Shown here: positions 10,187 to 20,530 of the stretch, one piece after another
Numbering within the stretch: the stretch's first letter is position 1
Layout: each line of letters opens with the position of its first letter
Assembly (NCBI GenBank): GCA_019118925.1
Contig: DWYC01000053.1
Span: forward strand, 73,557 to 137,556
Source of the DNA: Candidatus Flavonifractor intestinipullorum
GTDB taxonomy: Bacteria > Bacillota > Clostridia > Oscillospirales > Oscillospiraceae
Reading direction: 5' to 3'
Length of the DNA: 64,000 bases
Position numbers and translations under genes: made by a program
Notes under the pieces: generated by a model
The model's input: only the letters and a program-made list of their open reading frames with translations
The model's database searches: none
Told to the model about the DNA's origin: nothing

Positions 10187-11707
10187 ATGTTCTGTAAGGT
10201 CCGCTCCCTGGGTCTCCACGGCGTGACCGGGTATGAGGTCAGCGCCGAGTGCGACCTCTCCAACGGCCTGCCCGCCTTCGACGTGGTGGGCCTGCCCGAC
10301 GCCGCAGTGAAGGAGGCCCGCAACCGGGTACGCTCGGCGGCGCGGAACTGCGGGTTCTCCTTCCCGGTGTCCCGGATTACCGTAAACCTGGCCCCCGCCG
10401 ACCGGCGGAAGGCGGGCACCGTCTACGACCTCCCCATGCTGGTGGGCATTCTGGCCGCCGGCGGGCAGCTCCCGCCTCCGGCCCCCGACGCCGCGTTTGT
10501 GGGGGAGCTCTCGCTGTCGGGGGAGCTGCGCCCCGTGACCGGGATGCTGCCCATGGCCCTGGCCGCCCGGCGGGCGGGTCTGACTACCTTATATGTCCCC
10601 GCCGGCTCTGCGGCGGAGGCCACCCTGGCGGACGGCCTGACCGTGTATGGTGTGGAGCGGGTGGAGGACCTGGTGGCCCATCTGCGAGGGGAAGCCCCTT
10701 TACCGCCTGCCCCGCCCTGGGTTCCCGCCCCGGTGGGGGAGGGGGAGCTGGACTTCGCCGACGTAAAGGGCCAGGACCAGGCCAAACGGGCGCTGGAGAT
10801 CGCCGCGGCGGGCGGCCACAACCTGGCCATGATCGGCCCGCCCGGGTCGGGGAAATCCATGCTGGCCAAGCGCCTGCCCTCCATTCTCCCCGCTCTGAGC
10901 GAGCGGGAGGCGCTGGAGGCCACCGAGATCCACTCGGTGATGGGCCTCACCTCCCGGGAGCATCCCATGGTCTCCCAGCGGCCTTTTCGCGCCCCCCATC
11001 ACTCCATCTCGGCCACCGGCATGGCGGGGGGCGGCTCGCCCGTGCCCCGGCCGGGGGAGATCTCTCTGGCCCACAACGGAGTGCTCTTTCTGGACGAGCT
11101 GCCCGAGTTCCACAAGGACGTGCTGGAATCCCTCCGCCAGCCCCTGGAGGAGGGACGGGTCCAGATCGCCCGGGCTGCGGCCAGCGAGACCTTTCCCGCC
11201 CGGTTCATGCTGGTGTGCGCCATGAACCCCTGCAAGTGCGGCTGGTACGGCCACCCCTCCCACCGCTGCCGCTGCAGCGAAGCGGAGGTCAAAAAATACC
11301 TGGGCAAGCTCTCCGGGCCTCTGCTGGACCGGATCGACCTGTATGTGGAGGTCCCCGCCCTGGAGTTTGACGAGCTCGCCCGCAGGCCCCGGGCCGAGTC
11401 CTCCGCCCAGATCCGGCGGCGGGTGGCCGCCGCCCGGGCGGTCCAGGCCGCCCGCTTCGGCCCCCAGGGTCCCGACTGCAACGCCCACATGGACGCCCCC
11501 GCCCTCCAACGCTTCTGCCCGCTCGATGAGGCGTGCCAGGGGGTGATGAAGGGGGCCTTTGAACGCCTGGGCCTCACCGCCCGCAGCTACGACCGCATTT
11601 TGCGGGTGGCCCGCACCATTGCCGATCTGGACGGCGCGGAACAGATCGGCGTCCCCCATCTCGCCGAGGCCATCCAGTACCGGGAGAGCCCCTATTTCCG
11701 GCGGTGA
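10187..11707 (+). CDS. comM: YifB/ComM family Mg-chelatase-like AAA+ ATPase
   Basis: VGLPDAAVKE, ITVNLAPAD, GPPGSGKS, RPGEISLAHNGVLFLDE, NPCKCG; start among 10175/10181/10187. Confidence 0.9.
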   Translation: MFCKVRSLGLHGVTGYEVSAECDLSNGLPAFDVVGLPDAAVKEARNRVRSAARNCGFSFPVSRITVNLAPADRRKAGTVYDLPMLVGILAAGGQLPPPAPDAAFVGELSLSGELRPVTGMLPMALAARRAGLTTLYVPAGSAAEATLADGLTVYGVERVEDLVAHLRGEAPLPPAPPWVPAPVGEGELDFADVKGQDQAKRALEIAAAGGHNLAMIGPPGSGKSMLAKRLPSILPALSEREALEATEIHSVMGLTSREHPMVSQRPFRAPHHSISATGMAGGGSPVPRPGEISLAHNGVLFLDELPEFHKDVLESLRQPLEEGRVQIARAAASETFPARFMLVCAMNPCKCGWYGHPSHRCRCSEAEVKKYLGKLSGPLLDRIDLYVEVPALEFDELARRPRAESSAQIRRRVAAARAVQAARFGPQGPDCNAHMDAPALQRFCPLDEACQGVMKGAFERLGLTARSYDRILRVARTIADLDGAEQIGVPHLAEAIQYRESPYFRR

Positions 11708-11714
11708 CGTCCCG

Positions 11715-11743
11715 TTGACAAGGCGCCGGATGGTGGATATACT
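11715..11743 (+). promoter_or_regulatory. SigA promoter of the ABC transporter-mnmG operon
   Basis: TTGACA-17-TATACT. Confidence 0.75.
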
Positions 11744-11775
11744 GGGGAGACCAACTGTTTGAGAGGAGCTGCTTC

Positions 11776-13524
11776 ATGACCCGAGACCAGATGAAGCGCA
11801 GCGGATACCTGCGCATTTTCGCCTCCTACTACCGGCCCCACTGGAAGCTCTTTGCCCTGGACATGGTGTGCGCGCTGTGCATCTGTCTGGTGGACCTGGC
11901 CTTTCCGGTGATCTCCCGCTACTCCATGCAGGAGCTCCTGCCCGGGCGCCGTTTTTCCGCGTTTTTCGCCGTCATGGCCGCGCTGCTGGCGGCCTATGTG
12001 CTCAAGGGAGTCTTTTACTATATCGTCACCTTCTGGGGGCACCTGCTGGGGGTGCGGATGGAGGCCGACATCCGGCGGGACCTCTTTACCCACATGCAGG
12101 AGCTCTCCTTTTCCTTCTATGATAAAAACCGCACGGGACAGCTGATGAGCCGGGTCACCGGCGATCTCTTCGAGATTACCGAGCTGGCCCACCACGGCCC
12201 CGAGGACCTGTTCATCTCGTCGGTGACCATTCTGGGGGCCTTCTGCATCATGCTCACCATCCAGTGGCAGCTGGCTCTGGTCCTCTTCGCGGTCATCCCC
12301 GTGTTTCTCGTCTTTACCGCCCTGAGCCGCAAGCGCATGATGCGCGCCTCCGCCCAGGTCAAGGCCAAGCTAGCCGGCATCAACGGGGAGGTGGAGTCCT
12401 CTCTCTCCGGCATGCGCACCGCCAAGGCCTTTGCCAACGAGGCCGCCGAGCGGGATAAGTTCGACGCCGCCAACGACCAGTTCCGGGGGGCCAAGCGGGG
12501 TTATTACCGGGCGATGGCCTTCTATCAGTCGGGGATGGAGTTTTTCATGGGGGTGCTCTCGGTGCTGGTCATCGCCTTCGGCGGGGCGCTCATCATGTGG
12601 GGGGAGATGGACTTTATCGATCTGACCACCTTCGCCCTCTATGTCACCACCTTTATTACCCCCATTCGGAAGCTCTCCGCCTTTGTGGAGCAGTTCATGC
12701 AGGGAATGGCCGGTTTCCAGCGCTTTGTGGAGCTCATGCGCCTGGAGCCCGAGGTCCAGGATGCCCCCGGGGCCCGGGACCTGACGGAGGTGGCCGGAGA
12801 CATCCGGCTGGAGGACGTGACCTTCCGGTACGACGCCTCCCACGAGCCGGTGCTGGAGCACCTGTCCCTGCACATCGCCCCCGGGGAGACGGTGGCGGTG
12901 GTGGGCCCCTCCGGCGGCGGGAAGTCCACCCTGTGCCAGCTCATCCCCCGCTTCTACGACGTGACGGAGGGCCGGGTGCTTCTGGACGGCCGGGATGTGC
13001 GCACACTGAAGCAGCGCTCCCTGCGGGAGCACATCGGCATCGTACAGCAGGATGTGTTCCTCTTCCCGGGGACCATCTATGACAACATCCGCTATGGCCG
13101 TCCCGACGCCACCGAGGCCGAGGTGATCGCCGCCGCCAAACGGGCCGAGATCTACGACGATATCCTGGCCATGCCCGACGGCTTCCAGACCCAGGTGGGC
13201 GAGCGGGGCGTTATGCTCTCGGGCGGACAGAAACAGCGGGTCTCCATCGCCCGCATTTTCCTGAAAGATCCGCCCATTCTCATCCTGGACGAGGCCACCT
13301 CCGCTCTGGACAGCGTCACCGAGGCCCGCATCCAGTCGGCCTTCGACGCGCTGGCCCAGGGCCGCACCACCCTCATCATCGCCCACCGCCTGTCCACCAT
13401 CCGCTCGGCCGGGCGCATTGTGGTCATTGACGGCTGCGGCATCGCCGAGGAGGGCACACACCGGGAGCTGCTGGAGAAAAACGGGGCCTACGCCCGGCTG
13501 TGCCGGGCCCAGGAAAACCAGTGA
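11776..13524 (+). CDS. ABC exporter, fused permease/ATP-binding protein
   Basis: N-terminal TM helices, [16 protein letters not shown] and [11 protein letters not shown]. Confidence 0.95.
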   Translation: MTRDQMKRSGYLRIFASYYRPHWKLFALDMVCALCICLVDLAFPVISRYSMQELLPGRRFSAFFAVMAALLAAYVLKGVFYYIVTFWGHLLGVRMEADIRRDLFTHMQELSFSFYDKNRTGQLMSRVTGDLFEITELAHHGPEDLFISSVTILGAFCIMLTIQWQLALVLFAVIPVFLVFTALSRKRMMRASAQVKAKLAGINGEVESSLSGMRTAKAFANEAAERDKFDAANDQFRGAKRGYYRAMAFYQSGMEFFMGVLSVLVIAFGGALIMWGEMDFIDLTTFALYVTTFITPIRKLSAFVEQFMQGMAGFQRFVELMRLEPEVQDAPGARDLTEVAGDIRLEDVTFRYDASHEPVLEHLSLHIAPGETVAVVGPSGGGKSTLCQLIPRFYDVTEGRVLLDGRDVRTLKQRSLREHIGIVQQDVFLFPGTIYDNIRYGRPDATEAEVIAAAKRAEIYDDILAMPDGFQTQVGERGVMLSGGQKQRVSIARIFLKDPPILILDEATSALDSVTEARIQSAFDALAQGRTTLIIAHRLSTIRSAGRIVVIDGCGIAEEGTHRELLEKNGAYARLCRAQENQ

Positions 13525-13547
13525 TTTTGAGAAACCGAGGGGTATTC

Positions 13548-15416
13548 ATGGACTATCACGCGGGAGAATACGACATCGCCGTCATCGGCGCCGGCCACGC
13601 GGGCATCGAGGCCGCCCTGGCCGCCGCCCGGCTGGGGTTAAAGACGGTTTGCTTTACGGTCAATCTGGACTCGGTGGGGAATATGCCCTGCAATCCCTCC
13701 ATCGGCGGCACGGGAAAGGGCCACCTGGTCCGGGAGCTGGACGCCCTGGGGGGAGAGATGGCCCGCTGTGCCGACCGGGCCTGCATCCAGTACCGGGTAC
13801 TCAACAAGGGCAAGGGCCCGGCGGTCTGGTCCCTCCGGGCCCAGGCCGACCGCCGGGAGTATCAGAAGCTCATGAAGCACACCCTCGAGCGGCAGGAGAA
13901 CCTCTGGGTCAAACAGGGGGAGGTCACCGATCTCTATGTCCAGGACGGGGCGGTCTCCGCCCTGCGCACCGCCACGGGGGGAATTTACCGCGTCAGGGCC
14001 GTGGTGGTGGCCACGGGCACCTATCTGGGGGGGCGCACCATTGTGGGGGAGCTGACCCGGGACTCCGGGCCCGACGGCCTGGCCGCCGCCCTGCCCCTCA
14101 CCGAGAGTCTGCGGGGGCTGGGGCTCACTCTGCGGCGCTTCAAGACGGGGACGCCCCCCCGGGTCAACGCCCGCAGCGTGGATTTTTCCAAAATGGAGCT
14201 CCAGCCGGGGGACGAGACGCCGGTTCCCTTCTCCTTTGAGACGCAGGCGCCCCCCAAAAACCGGGCGGTGTGTTACCTCACTTACACCAACGAGCGCACT
14301 CACGCGGTGATCCGGGCCAATCTGGCGCGCTCCCCCCTCTTTTCCGGCGTCATCGAGGGCATCGGCCCCCGGTACTGCCCCTCCATCGAGGACAAGGTGG
14401 TCCGTTTCCCCGACAAGGAGCGCCACCAGCTCTTTGTGGAGCCCATGGGGCTGGACACCGAAGAGCTCTATATTCAGGGCTTCTCTTCCTCACTGCCGGA
14501 GGACGTGCAGGCAGCCATGCTCCACACCATCCCCGGCCTGGAGCACGCGGAGATGACCCGCTGCGCCTACGCCATCGAGTACGACTGCGTGGACCCCACC
14601 GAGCTGCTGCCCACCCTGGAGCACAAAAACGTGAAGGGGCTCTACGGCGCGGGGCAGTTCAACGGCTCCTCCGGCTATGAGGAGGCCGCCGTCCAGGGCT
14701 TTGTGGCCGGAGTCAACGCCGCGCTGAAGCTCCTGGGCCGCCCGCCCATGATCATCGGCCGGGACCAGGGGTACATCGGCGTGCTCATCGACGATCTGGT
14801 CACCAAGGGCACCAACGAGCCCTACCGTATGATGACCTCCCGCACCGAGTACCGCCTTCTCCACCGCCAGGACAACGCCGACGAACGGCTGTGCCCGGTG
14901 GGCCACGCCGTGGGGCTGGTGAGCGACGCGCGCTACCGCCGGGTGCTGGAAAAATACGCCGCTGTGGCGGGGGAGCGCCGCCGCCTGGAGCACACCGGCT
15001 CCGCCCCCTCGCCGGAGCTGGACGCCATGCTGGCCGGCCGGGGGGAGGCCCCCGCGCCCAACGGCGCGCGGCTGGCCGACCTGCTCCGCCGCCCCCGGGT
15101 GAGCTACGCGGACCTGGCCCCCTTCGACCCGGACCAGCCCGCCCTCCCCGCCGCTGTGACCGAGGCGGTGGAGATCACCGTGAAATACCAGGGCTACATC
15201 GACAAGCAGCTCCGCCAGGTAGAGGAGATGCGCAAGCTGGAGGGACGGCCTCTGCCCCCCGACCTGGACTACGAACACATGGAGGGCCTGCGCCTGGAGG
15301 CCCGGCAGAAACTCAGCCGCATCCGGCCTTTGAATTTGGGGCAGGCCGGGCGGATTTCCGGGGTGAGTCCCGCCGATCTGGCGGTGCTCATGGTGGCCCT
15401 GGAACGGACGCGGTAA
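13548..15416 (+). CDS. mnmG: tRNA U34 carboxymethylaminomethyl modification enzyme (GidA)
   Basis: [39 protein letters not shown] and ISGVSPAD. Confidence 0.98.
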   Translation: MDYHAGEYDIAVIGAGHAGIEAALAAARLGLKTVCFTVNLDSVGNMPCNPSIGGTGKGHLVRELDALGGEMARCADRACIQYRVLNKGKGPAVWSLRAQADRREYQKLMKHTLERQENLWVKQGEVTDLYVQDGAVSALRTATGGIYRVRAVVVATGTYLGGRTIVGELTRDSGPDGLAAALPLTESLRGLGLTLRRFKTGTPPRVNARSVDFSKMELQPGDETPVPFSFETQAPPKNRAVCYLTYTNERTHAVIRANLARSPLFSGVIEGIGPRYCPSIEDKVVRFPDKERHQLFVEPMGLDTEELYIQGFSSSLPEDVQAAMLHTIPGLEHAEMTRCAYAIEYDCVDPTELLPTLEHKNVKGLYGAGQFNGSSGYEEAAVQGFVAGVNAALKLLGRPPMIIGRDQGYIGVLIDDLVTKGTNEPYRMMTSRTEYRLLHRQDNADERLCPVGHAVGLVSDARYRRVLEKYAAVAGERRRLEHTGSAPSPELDAMLAGRGEAPAPNGARLADLLRRPRVSYADLAPFDPDQPALPAAVTEAVEITVKYQGYIDKQLRQVEEMRKLEGRPLPPDLDYEHMEGLRLEARQKLSRIRPLNLGQAGRISGVSPADLAVLMVALERTR

Positions 15417-15446
15417 CCCGCCCCGCCGCGGCAGAAAGGACGGACC

Positions 15447-16160
15447 ATGCGACCTGTCAATTTAGGCACTCTGGCGGTGAACGCCTATCTCTTTCCCACC
15501 CTGGCGGGCTATCTGCTGGTGGACACGGGCTACCCCGGCGGGGGAGAGGCGTTTTTTCGCCGGTTGAGCCGGAAAAAGATCGACCGGAACGAATTACAGT
15601 GGATTTTCCTCACCCACGCCCACGACGACCACGCCGGATTTCTCAACGACGTCCTCCGGGGCACCCGGGCGCGGGTGCTCCTCCACCCTCTGGCGGTGGA
15701 GCGGCTGCGCGGCGGGCACAATCCGCCTCAGGGCGGTCCGCCCAACGGGCGCGCCGCCCTGGCCTGCCGGGCGCTGCGCCTGGCGGGGAAGGGCGGACAC
15801 ACCTTCCCGCCCCTCCCGCGGGAGCTGGAAAACCGCCTCATCCCCCTGGAGGGTCAGCGCCGCCGGGAGCTGGAGTCCAATTTGGGGGTGCGCTTTCTGG
15901 ATACGCCGGGCCACACCGCCGACTCCATGTCCCTGCTCACCGAGGACGGCGTGTGCTTCTGCGGGGACGCGGCCATGTCCGGGCCTCTGGCCCGGCGGCA
16001 CGTGACCATCTGGATGGAGGACCCGGCGGCCTACCGGGCCTCCTGGCAGACGCTGCTCGCCGCCGCGCCCCGGATGCTCTACCCCGGCCACGGCGGGCCC
16101 ATTTCCCCCGCCGCCCTGCAAAAAGACCTGACCCGGCTGCGGCTGGAGGGGGCGCGCTGA
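15447..16160 (+). CDS. Metallo-beta-lactamase fold hydrolase
   Basis: THAHDDHAG, TPGHT, GD and YPGHG motifs. Confidence 0.88.
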   Translation: MRPVNLGTLAVNAYLFPTLAGYLLVDTGYPGGGEAFFRRLSRKKIDRNELQWIFLTHAHDDHAGFLNDVLRGTRARVLLHPLAVERLRGGHNPPQGGPPNGRAALACRALRLAGKGGHTFPPLPRELENRLIPLEGQRRRELESNLGVRFLDTPGHTADSMSLLTEDGVCFCGDAAMSGPLARRHVTIWMEDPAAYRASWQTLLAAAPRMLYPGHGGPISPAALQKDLTRLRLEGAR

Positions 16161-16251
16161 CCGCCGGACCGGCGGGGAAACACCGTACAACCTGCGGAAA
16201 TGGGGAAAATGCCGCCGCTCTGCTGCGGGCCCCGGACATGAGAGGAGTTTT

Positions 16252-17265
16252 ATGAGAGAAAAACTGGTGCTGGGCCTCTCCGGCGGGGTGGACTCCGCCG
16301 TGGCCGCCCGGCTGCTGATGGAGCAGTACGACGTAACCTGCCTCTGGCTGGACATTGGGCTGGGGGGCGGGGAGGACGCCGCCGCGGTGGCCCGGGGGCT
16401 GGGCCTGCCCTTTGAATGCGCGGACATCCGGGCGGAACTGGAGACCCAGGTCTGCGCCCCCTTTGCCGCCGACTATCTGGCCGGGCGCACCCCGCTGCCC
16501 TGCGCCCGGTGCAACCCCGCGGTGAAGTTCCCCGCCCTGCTGGCTCTGGCCGACCGGATTGGGGCGGCCTATGTGGCCACCGGGCACTATGCCCGCCGGG
16601 AGACGGGGGCGGACGGCCGGGCGCTGCTCCTCAAGGGCCGGAGCGCCAACGACCAGTCCTATATGCTCGCCCGGCTGCCCCAGGCGATTCTGCGCCGGAC
16701 GGTCTTTCCTCTGGGCGGGCTGGAAAAGGCCCAAATCCGGGCGCTGGCGGGGGAGTGGGGCCTCCCGGTGGCGGACAAGCCCGACTCCATGGAGATCTGC
16801 TTCATCCCCGACGGGGATTACGCCGCCTGGCTGGACCGGCGGGGGAACACCCCGCCTCCCGGGAACTTTGTGGACCGGGAGGGCCGTGTGATGGGACGCC
16901 ACAAAGGCTATCACCACTACACCCTGGGCCAGCGGCGGGGGCTGGGGGTGTCGGGCCCCCACCGGTACTTCGTCTCGGCCATCCGGCCCGAGCGCAACGA
17001 GGTGGTCCTCTCCGACGGGAGCGACCTCTATACCGACTCCGCCCGGTGCGCCGGCCTGAACTGGATCGCCCTGCCCGGTCTGGAGGAGGAGCGCCCCTGC
17101 ACCGTGCGCCTGCGCCACTCCCGGGTGGAGACCCCCGCCCTCATCCGGCCCGACGGCGGCGGGGTGGCCATCCACACGCTGGCCCCCGCCCGGGCCCCCA
17201 CGCCGGGACAGCTGGCCGTCTTTTACGACGGGGACTCGGTGCTGGGCAGCGGGTGGATTGTATAG
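16252..17265 (+). CDS. mnmA: tRNA 2-thiouridylase
   Basis: SGGVDS, PCARCN, ATGHYA, DQSY, DSMEICF, YTLGQRRG and TPGQ. Confidence 0.93.
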   Translation: MREKLVLGLSGGVDSAVAARLLMEQYDVTCLWLDIGLGGGEDAAAVARGLGLPFECADIRAELETQVCAPFAADYLAGRTPLPCARCNPAVKFPALLALADRIGAAYVATGHYARRETGADGRALLLKGRSANDQSYMLARLPQAILRRTVFPLGGLEKAQIRALAGEWGLPVADKPDSMEICFIPDGDYAAWLDRRGNTPPPGNFVDREGRVMGRHKGYHHYTLGQRRGLGVSGPHRYFVSAIRPERNEVVLSDGSDLYTDSARCAGLNWIALPGLEEERPCTVRLRHSRVETPALIRPDGGGVAIHTLAPARAPTPGQLAVFYDGDSVLGSGWIV

Positions 17266-17297
17266 TAATATAGAGTAAAATGTAATACAGGATTTTT

Positions 17298-17337
17298 AAA
17301 ACCCAGAGTGGAAAGACGTCTTTCCACTCTGGGTTTT
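17298..17337. repeat. Perfect 40-bp palindrome, probably a bidirectional terminator
   Basis: AAAACCCAGAGTGGAAAGAC followed directly by its reverse complement GTCTTTCCACTCTGGGTTTT, between convergent genes. Confidence 0.85.
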
Positions 17338-17347
17338 TACTAATTTA

Positions 17348-17974
17348 CTAGTTCGCTGGAAATTTATAAGGGCCGGAGCTAACGTCGTCTGTGGAAACCA
17401 CAATAGTATCTTCGCTTCTCTGCGAATGTACAGTAAATACAATATCCCAATAGCCATCCTCGTCAATATCCGCTTTTGGATACTCTTCACTGACAGTACT
17501 GAAATCAAATACTGACAGAGTAGCATACAGTGTTTCACCTGGTCGAACTATATTTGTGTCTTTTTCAATCACCCATCCATTTTCTTCCATATCTTTGGCA
17601 TATTGAGCCTTATCTACTCCTACAAAAGAAGGAATCTCAATTGATTCATATGTTCCGTCCCTTTTTACCCCCACAATTTCTGCGGTGATCCTTACAATGC
17701 TGTCTCCACTGTTTGATACTTGAAACTTTTCGCCATCATATGTAATCGTTATATTATCAATTATAATATATCCGCCTGTATCAAACACATCTCCGGTCTC
17801 TATAAGATGTTCCTCTATAATATCTGGATTTTTATCTGTTCTTTTCGCACTTCGATAACTTGTGAAGAATTGAATAATCAGAAGGAAAATAAAAATGACA
17901 ATCCAGATTCCTAGTCCTTTAGTTTTCTTTCTGTTTATATTATCTCGGTTATTCAAAGTTTTACTCCGCCCCAT
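17348..17974 (-). CDS. Hypothetical membrane-anchored protein in an AT-rich patch
   Basis: 208-aa ORF with a basic N-terminus, one TM helix and an acidic C-terminal domain; AAGGGAG RBS; DNA visibly far more AT-rich than the flanks. Confidence 0.7.
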   Translation of the reverse strand: MGRSKTLNNRDNINRKKTKGLGIWIVIFIFLLIIQFFTSYRSAKRTDKNPDIIEEHLIETGDVFDTGGYIIIDNITITYDGEKFQVSNSGDSIVRITAEIVGVKRDGTYESIEIPSFVGVDKAQYAKDMEENGWVIEKDTNIVRPGETLYATLSVFDFSTVSEEYPKADIDEDGYWDIVFTVHSQRSEDTIVVSTDDVSSGPYKFPAN

Positions 17975-18036
17975 TTTCTCCCTTTTTAATCCAGCTAGAT
18001 TAAAAAATTAAATCTGGTTTATTTTCATTTTATATA

Positions 18037-19296
18037 CTAGGAAAGTTTTTCCCGCAGCGTTCCATTCAGATACCGCCGCACCAGGTCGAAGGCGTTGTGG
18101 GCCGCCATGGTCCGCACCCGCTCCCGGCTGGTCCCGGCGTGGAGCTCCCGGACGCAGGTCCCCTCGGGGGCGGAGAGGGCCACGTACACCAGCCCCACCG
18201 GGTTGCCCCGCTCGTCGGAGTCGGGCCCGGCCACGCCGGTGGTGGACACGGCCAGGTCGCTGCCCAGCGTCCGGCGGGCCCCCTGGGCCATGGCCCGGGC
18301 CACCGGGGCGGACACCGCGCCGTACGCGTCCAACATGGCCTCGGGCACCCCCAGGACCGTGTGCTTGACCGGGGTGGCGTAGCTCACCACGCCCCCGCGG
18401 AACACGGCGGAGGCCCCCGGCAGGTCGGTCATACGCTTGGCGATGAGGCCGCCGGTGCAGCTCTCGGCGCTGCCCAGGGTGAGGCCCCGCTCCTTCAGCC
18501 GCTCCAGGACCACCTCCTCCAGGGAGGACACGTCGGCGCCGTAGATTTTCTCCCCGAACTGCTCCCGCAGCCGGGCCTCCACCGGGGCGATGAGGGCCCG
18601 GGCCTCCGCCTCGGTGGGGGCCTTGGCGGTGATGCGCAGCTCGCACTCCCCCTCCTTGGCGTAGGGGGCCAGGGTGGGGTTGGTCATGGCGTTCATCTGC
18701 TCCCGGAGCTGGTTTTCCATCTCCGACTCCCCGATGCCGAAGAGCTTGAGCGTCCGGGAGACGATGGCCCCGTCGGCCAGCGAGCGGAGATAGGGCGCCG
18801 CCCGGTAGCGGAACATGGCGGAGCACTCCCGGGGCGGGCCGGGGAGCATGAGGACGTGGACGCCCTCCGCTTCAAACGCGCAGCCGGGTGCGGTCCCCCA
18901 GTCGTTCTGAAAGACGGTGGAACCCTCCGGGAGGTAGAACTGCTGGGCGTTGTTGGCCGTCATCTCCCGGCCGATTTTCTGGAAAAAGGCCCGGCAGCGG
19001 GCCTCGGCCTCCGGGTTATGGACCAGCTTTTTTCCAAAACACGCGGCCAGTACATTTTTCGTCAGGTCGTCGCAGGTGGGGCCCAGCCCCCCCGTGGTGA
19101 CAATCAGGTCGGCCCGGGATTTGGCCAGTTCCACCGCCGCCCGCAGCCGCCCGGGGTTGTCCCCCACCACGGTGTGGTAATAGACGTTGATCCCCAGGGC
19201 GGAGAGCCCCTGGGAGAGCATCTGTGCGTCGGTGTTGGCGATGTTGCCGAGGAGCAGTTCGGTGCCCACGGCGATGAGCTCCGCAGTATGGGTCAT
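18037..19296 (-). CDS. cinA: Competence/damage-inducible protein CinA (MoCF domain + PncC)
   Basis: VGTELLLG, TGGLGPTCDD, LPGPP, AESCTGG and TTGVAGP. Confidence 0.95.
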   Translation of the reverse strand: MTHTAELIAVGTELLLGNIANTDAQMLSQGLSALGINVYYHTVVGDNPGRLRAAVELAKSRADLIVTTGGLGPTCDDLTKNVLAACFGKKLVHNPEAEARCRAFFQKIGREMTANNAQQFYLPEGSTVFQNDWGTAPGCAFEAEGVHVLMLPGPPRECSAMFRYRAAPYLRSLADGAIVSRTLKLFGIGESEMENQLREQMNAMTNPTLAPYAKEGECELRITAKAPTEAEARALIAPVEARLREQFGEKIYGADVSSLEEVVLERLKERGLTLGSAESCTGGLIAKRMTDLPGASAVFRGGVVSYATPVKHTVLGVPEAMLDAYGAVSAPVARAMAQGARRTLGSDLAVSTTGVAGPDSDERGNPVGLVYVALSAPEGTCVRELHAGTSRERVRTMAAHNAFDLVRRYLNGTLREKLS

Positions 19297-19333
19297 GGGA
19301 ACGCACTTCCTTTTCTTTGATGCCGGCGGACGG

Positions 19334-20506
19334 TCAGGGGCCCACCTTGATGCGCTCGATGCCGTCCACAGCGGCCTGCACCAGGCCCTCCACGTCCAGG
19401 AGGGCCTCGGCGGCCTCGATCTCCCCGGGCAGGGGGTGGAGCCGGGGATGCCGGGGCGTAAAGACGGTACAGCAGTCCTCGTAGGGGAGGATCGAGGTCT
19501 CGAAGGTGCCGATCTTCCGGGCGATGGTGACGATCTCCTCCTTGTCCATGCCCACGCAGGGGCGCAGGATGGGCAGGCCGCACACCCCGCCGGTCAGGCG
19601 CATGGCGTCCATGGTCTGGCTGGCCACCTGGCCCAGGGACTCGCCGGTAATCAGGGCCCCGGCCTTCACCCGCCCGGCCACCGCCTGGGCAATGCGCATC
19701 ATAAAGCGGCGCATGAGGATGGTGAAGAGCTCCTCAGGGCACTTCCGGCGCAGCTCCTCCTGGATGGCGGTGAAGGGCACCACGTGGACCATCAGCCGTC
19801 CGCACCAGGGGGTGAGCAGCTCCGCCAGGCGGAGGACCTTGTCCCTGGCCTCCGGCGAGGTGTAGGGGTAGGAGAAGAAGTGGACCATATCCAAAGCCAG
19901 GCCCCGCTTGGCCATCATCCAGGAGGCCACCGGGGAGTCGATGCCCCCCGAGAGCAGGCTCACCGCCCGGCCGTTGATGCCCACGGGCAGGCCGCCGGCC
20001 CCCGGCTCCGGGTCGGCATGGACGTAGGCGGCATAGTCCCGCACCTCCAGATAGACGGTCAGCTCCGGGTGATGGACATCCACCTTCAGGTTGGGATAGC
20101 GCTCGTCCAGCTCGCCGCCCACGTACTGGGAGAGCTGGATGGAGGTCATGGGGAAGGATTTGTCCGCCCGCTTGGACTCGACCTTGAAGGTCTTGGCCGC
20201 CGCCAGGCGGTCCCCCAGGTAGGACACGGCGGTCTCCAGCATGGCGTCCTTATCCTTGGCGCAGGCCCGGGCCCGGGAGAGCCCCACCACGCCGAAGACC
20301 TTCTTCAGCGCCTCGTAGGCCCCGTCCAGGTCGCAGCCCGGCTCCTGGGGCTCGGCATACATGGTGGACTGCTTGGTGTACACCCGGAATTTGCCGAAGG
20401 GCTGGAGCCTCCGGCGGGTATTGGCGATGAGTTTATCCTCAAAGCTGCGGCGGTTGAGGCCCTTCAGGACCAGCTCCCCCAGCTTGAGCAGAATGATCTC
20501 TTCCAT
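19334..20506 (-). CDS. thiI: tRNA 4-thiouridine synthase (no rhodanese domain)
   Basis: GELVLKGLNR, THUMP domain, LLSGGIDSPVA, GESLGQVASQT and EDCC. Confidence 0.96.
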   Translation of the reverse strand: MEEIILLKLGELVLKGLNRRSFEDKLIANTRRRLQPFGKFRVYTKQSTMYAEPQEPGCDLDGAYEALKKVFGVVGLSRARACAKDKDAMLETAVSYLGDRLAAAKTFKVESKRADKSFPMTSIQLSQYVGGELDERYPNLKVDVHHPELTVYLEVRDYAAYVHADPEPGAGGLPVGINGRAVSLLSGGIDSPVASWMMAKRGLALDMVHFFSYPYTSPEARDKVLRLAELLTPWCGRLMVHVVPFTAIQEELRRKCPEELFTILMRRFMMRIAQAVAGRVKAGALITGESLGQVASQTMDAMRLTGGVCGLPILRPCVGMDKEEIVTIARKIGTFETSILPYEDCCTVFTPRHPRLHPLPGEIEAAEALLDVEGLVQAAVDGIERIKVGP

Positions 20507-20530
20507 CTCTTAAGCTCCTTTTGTCTCGTT

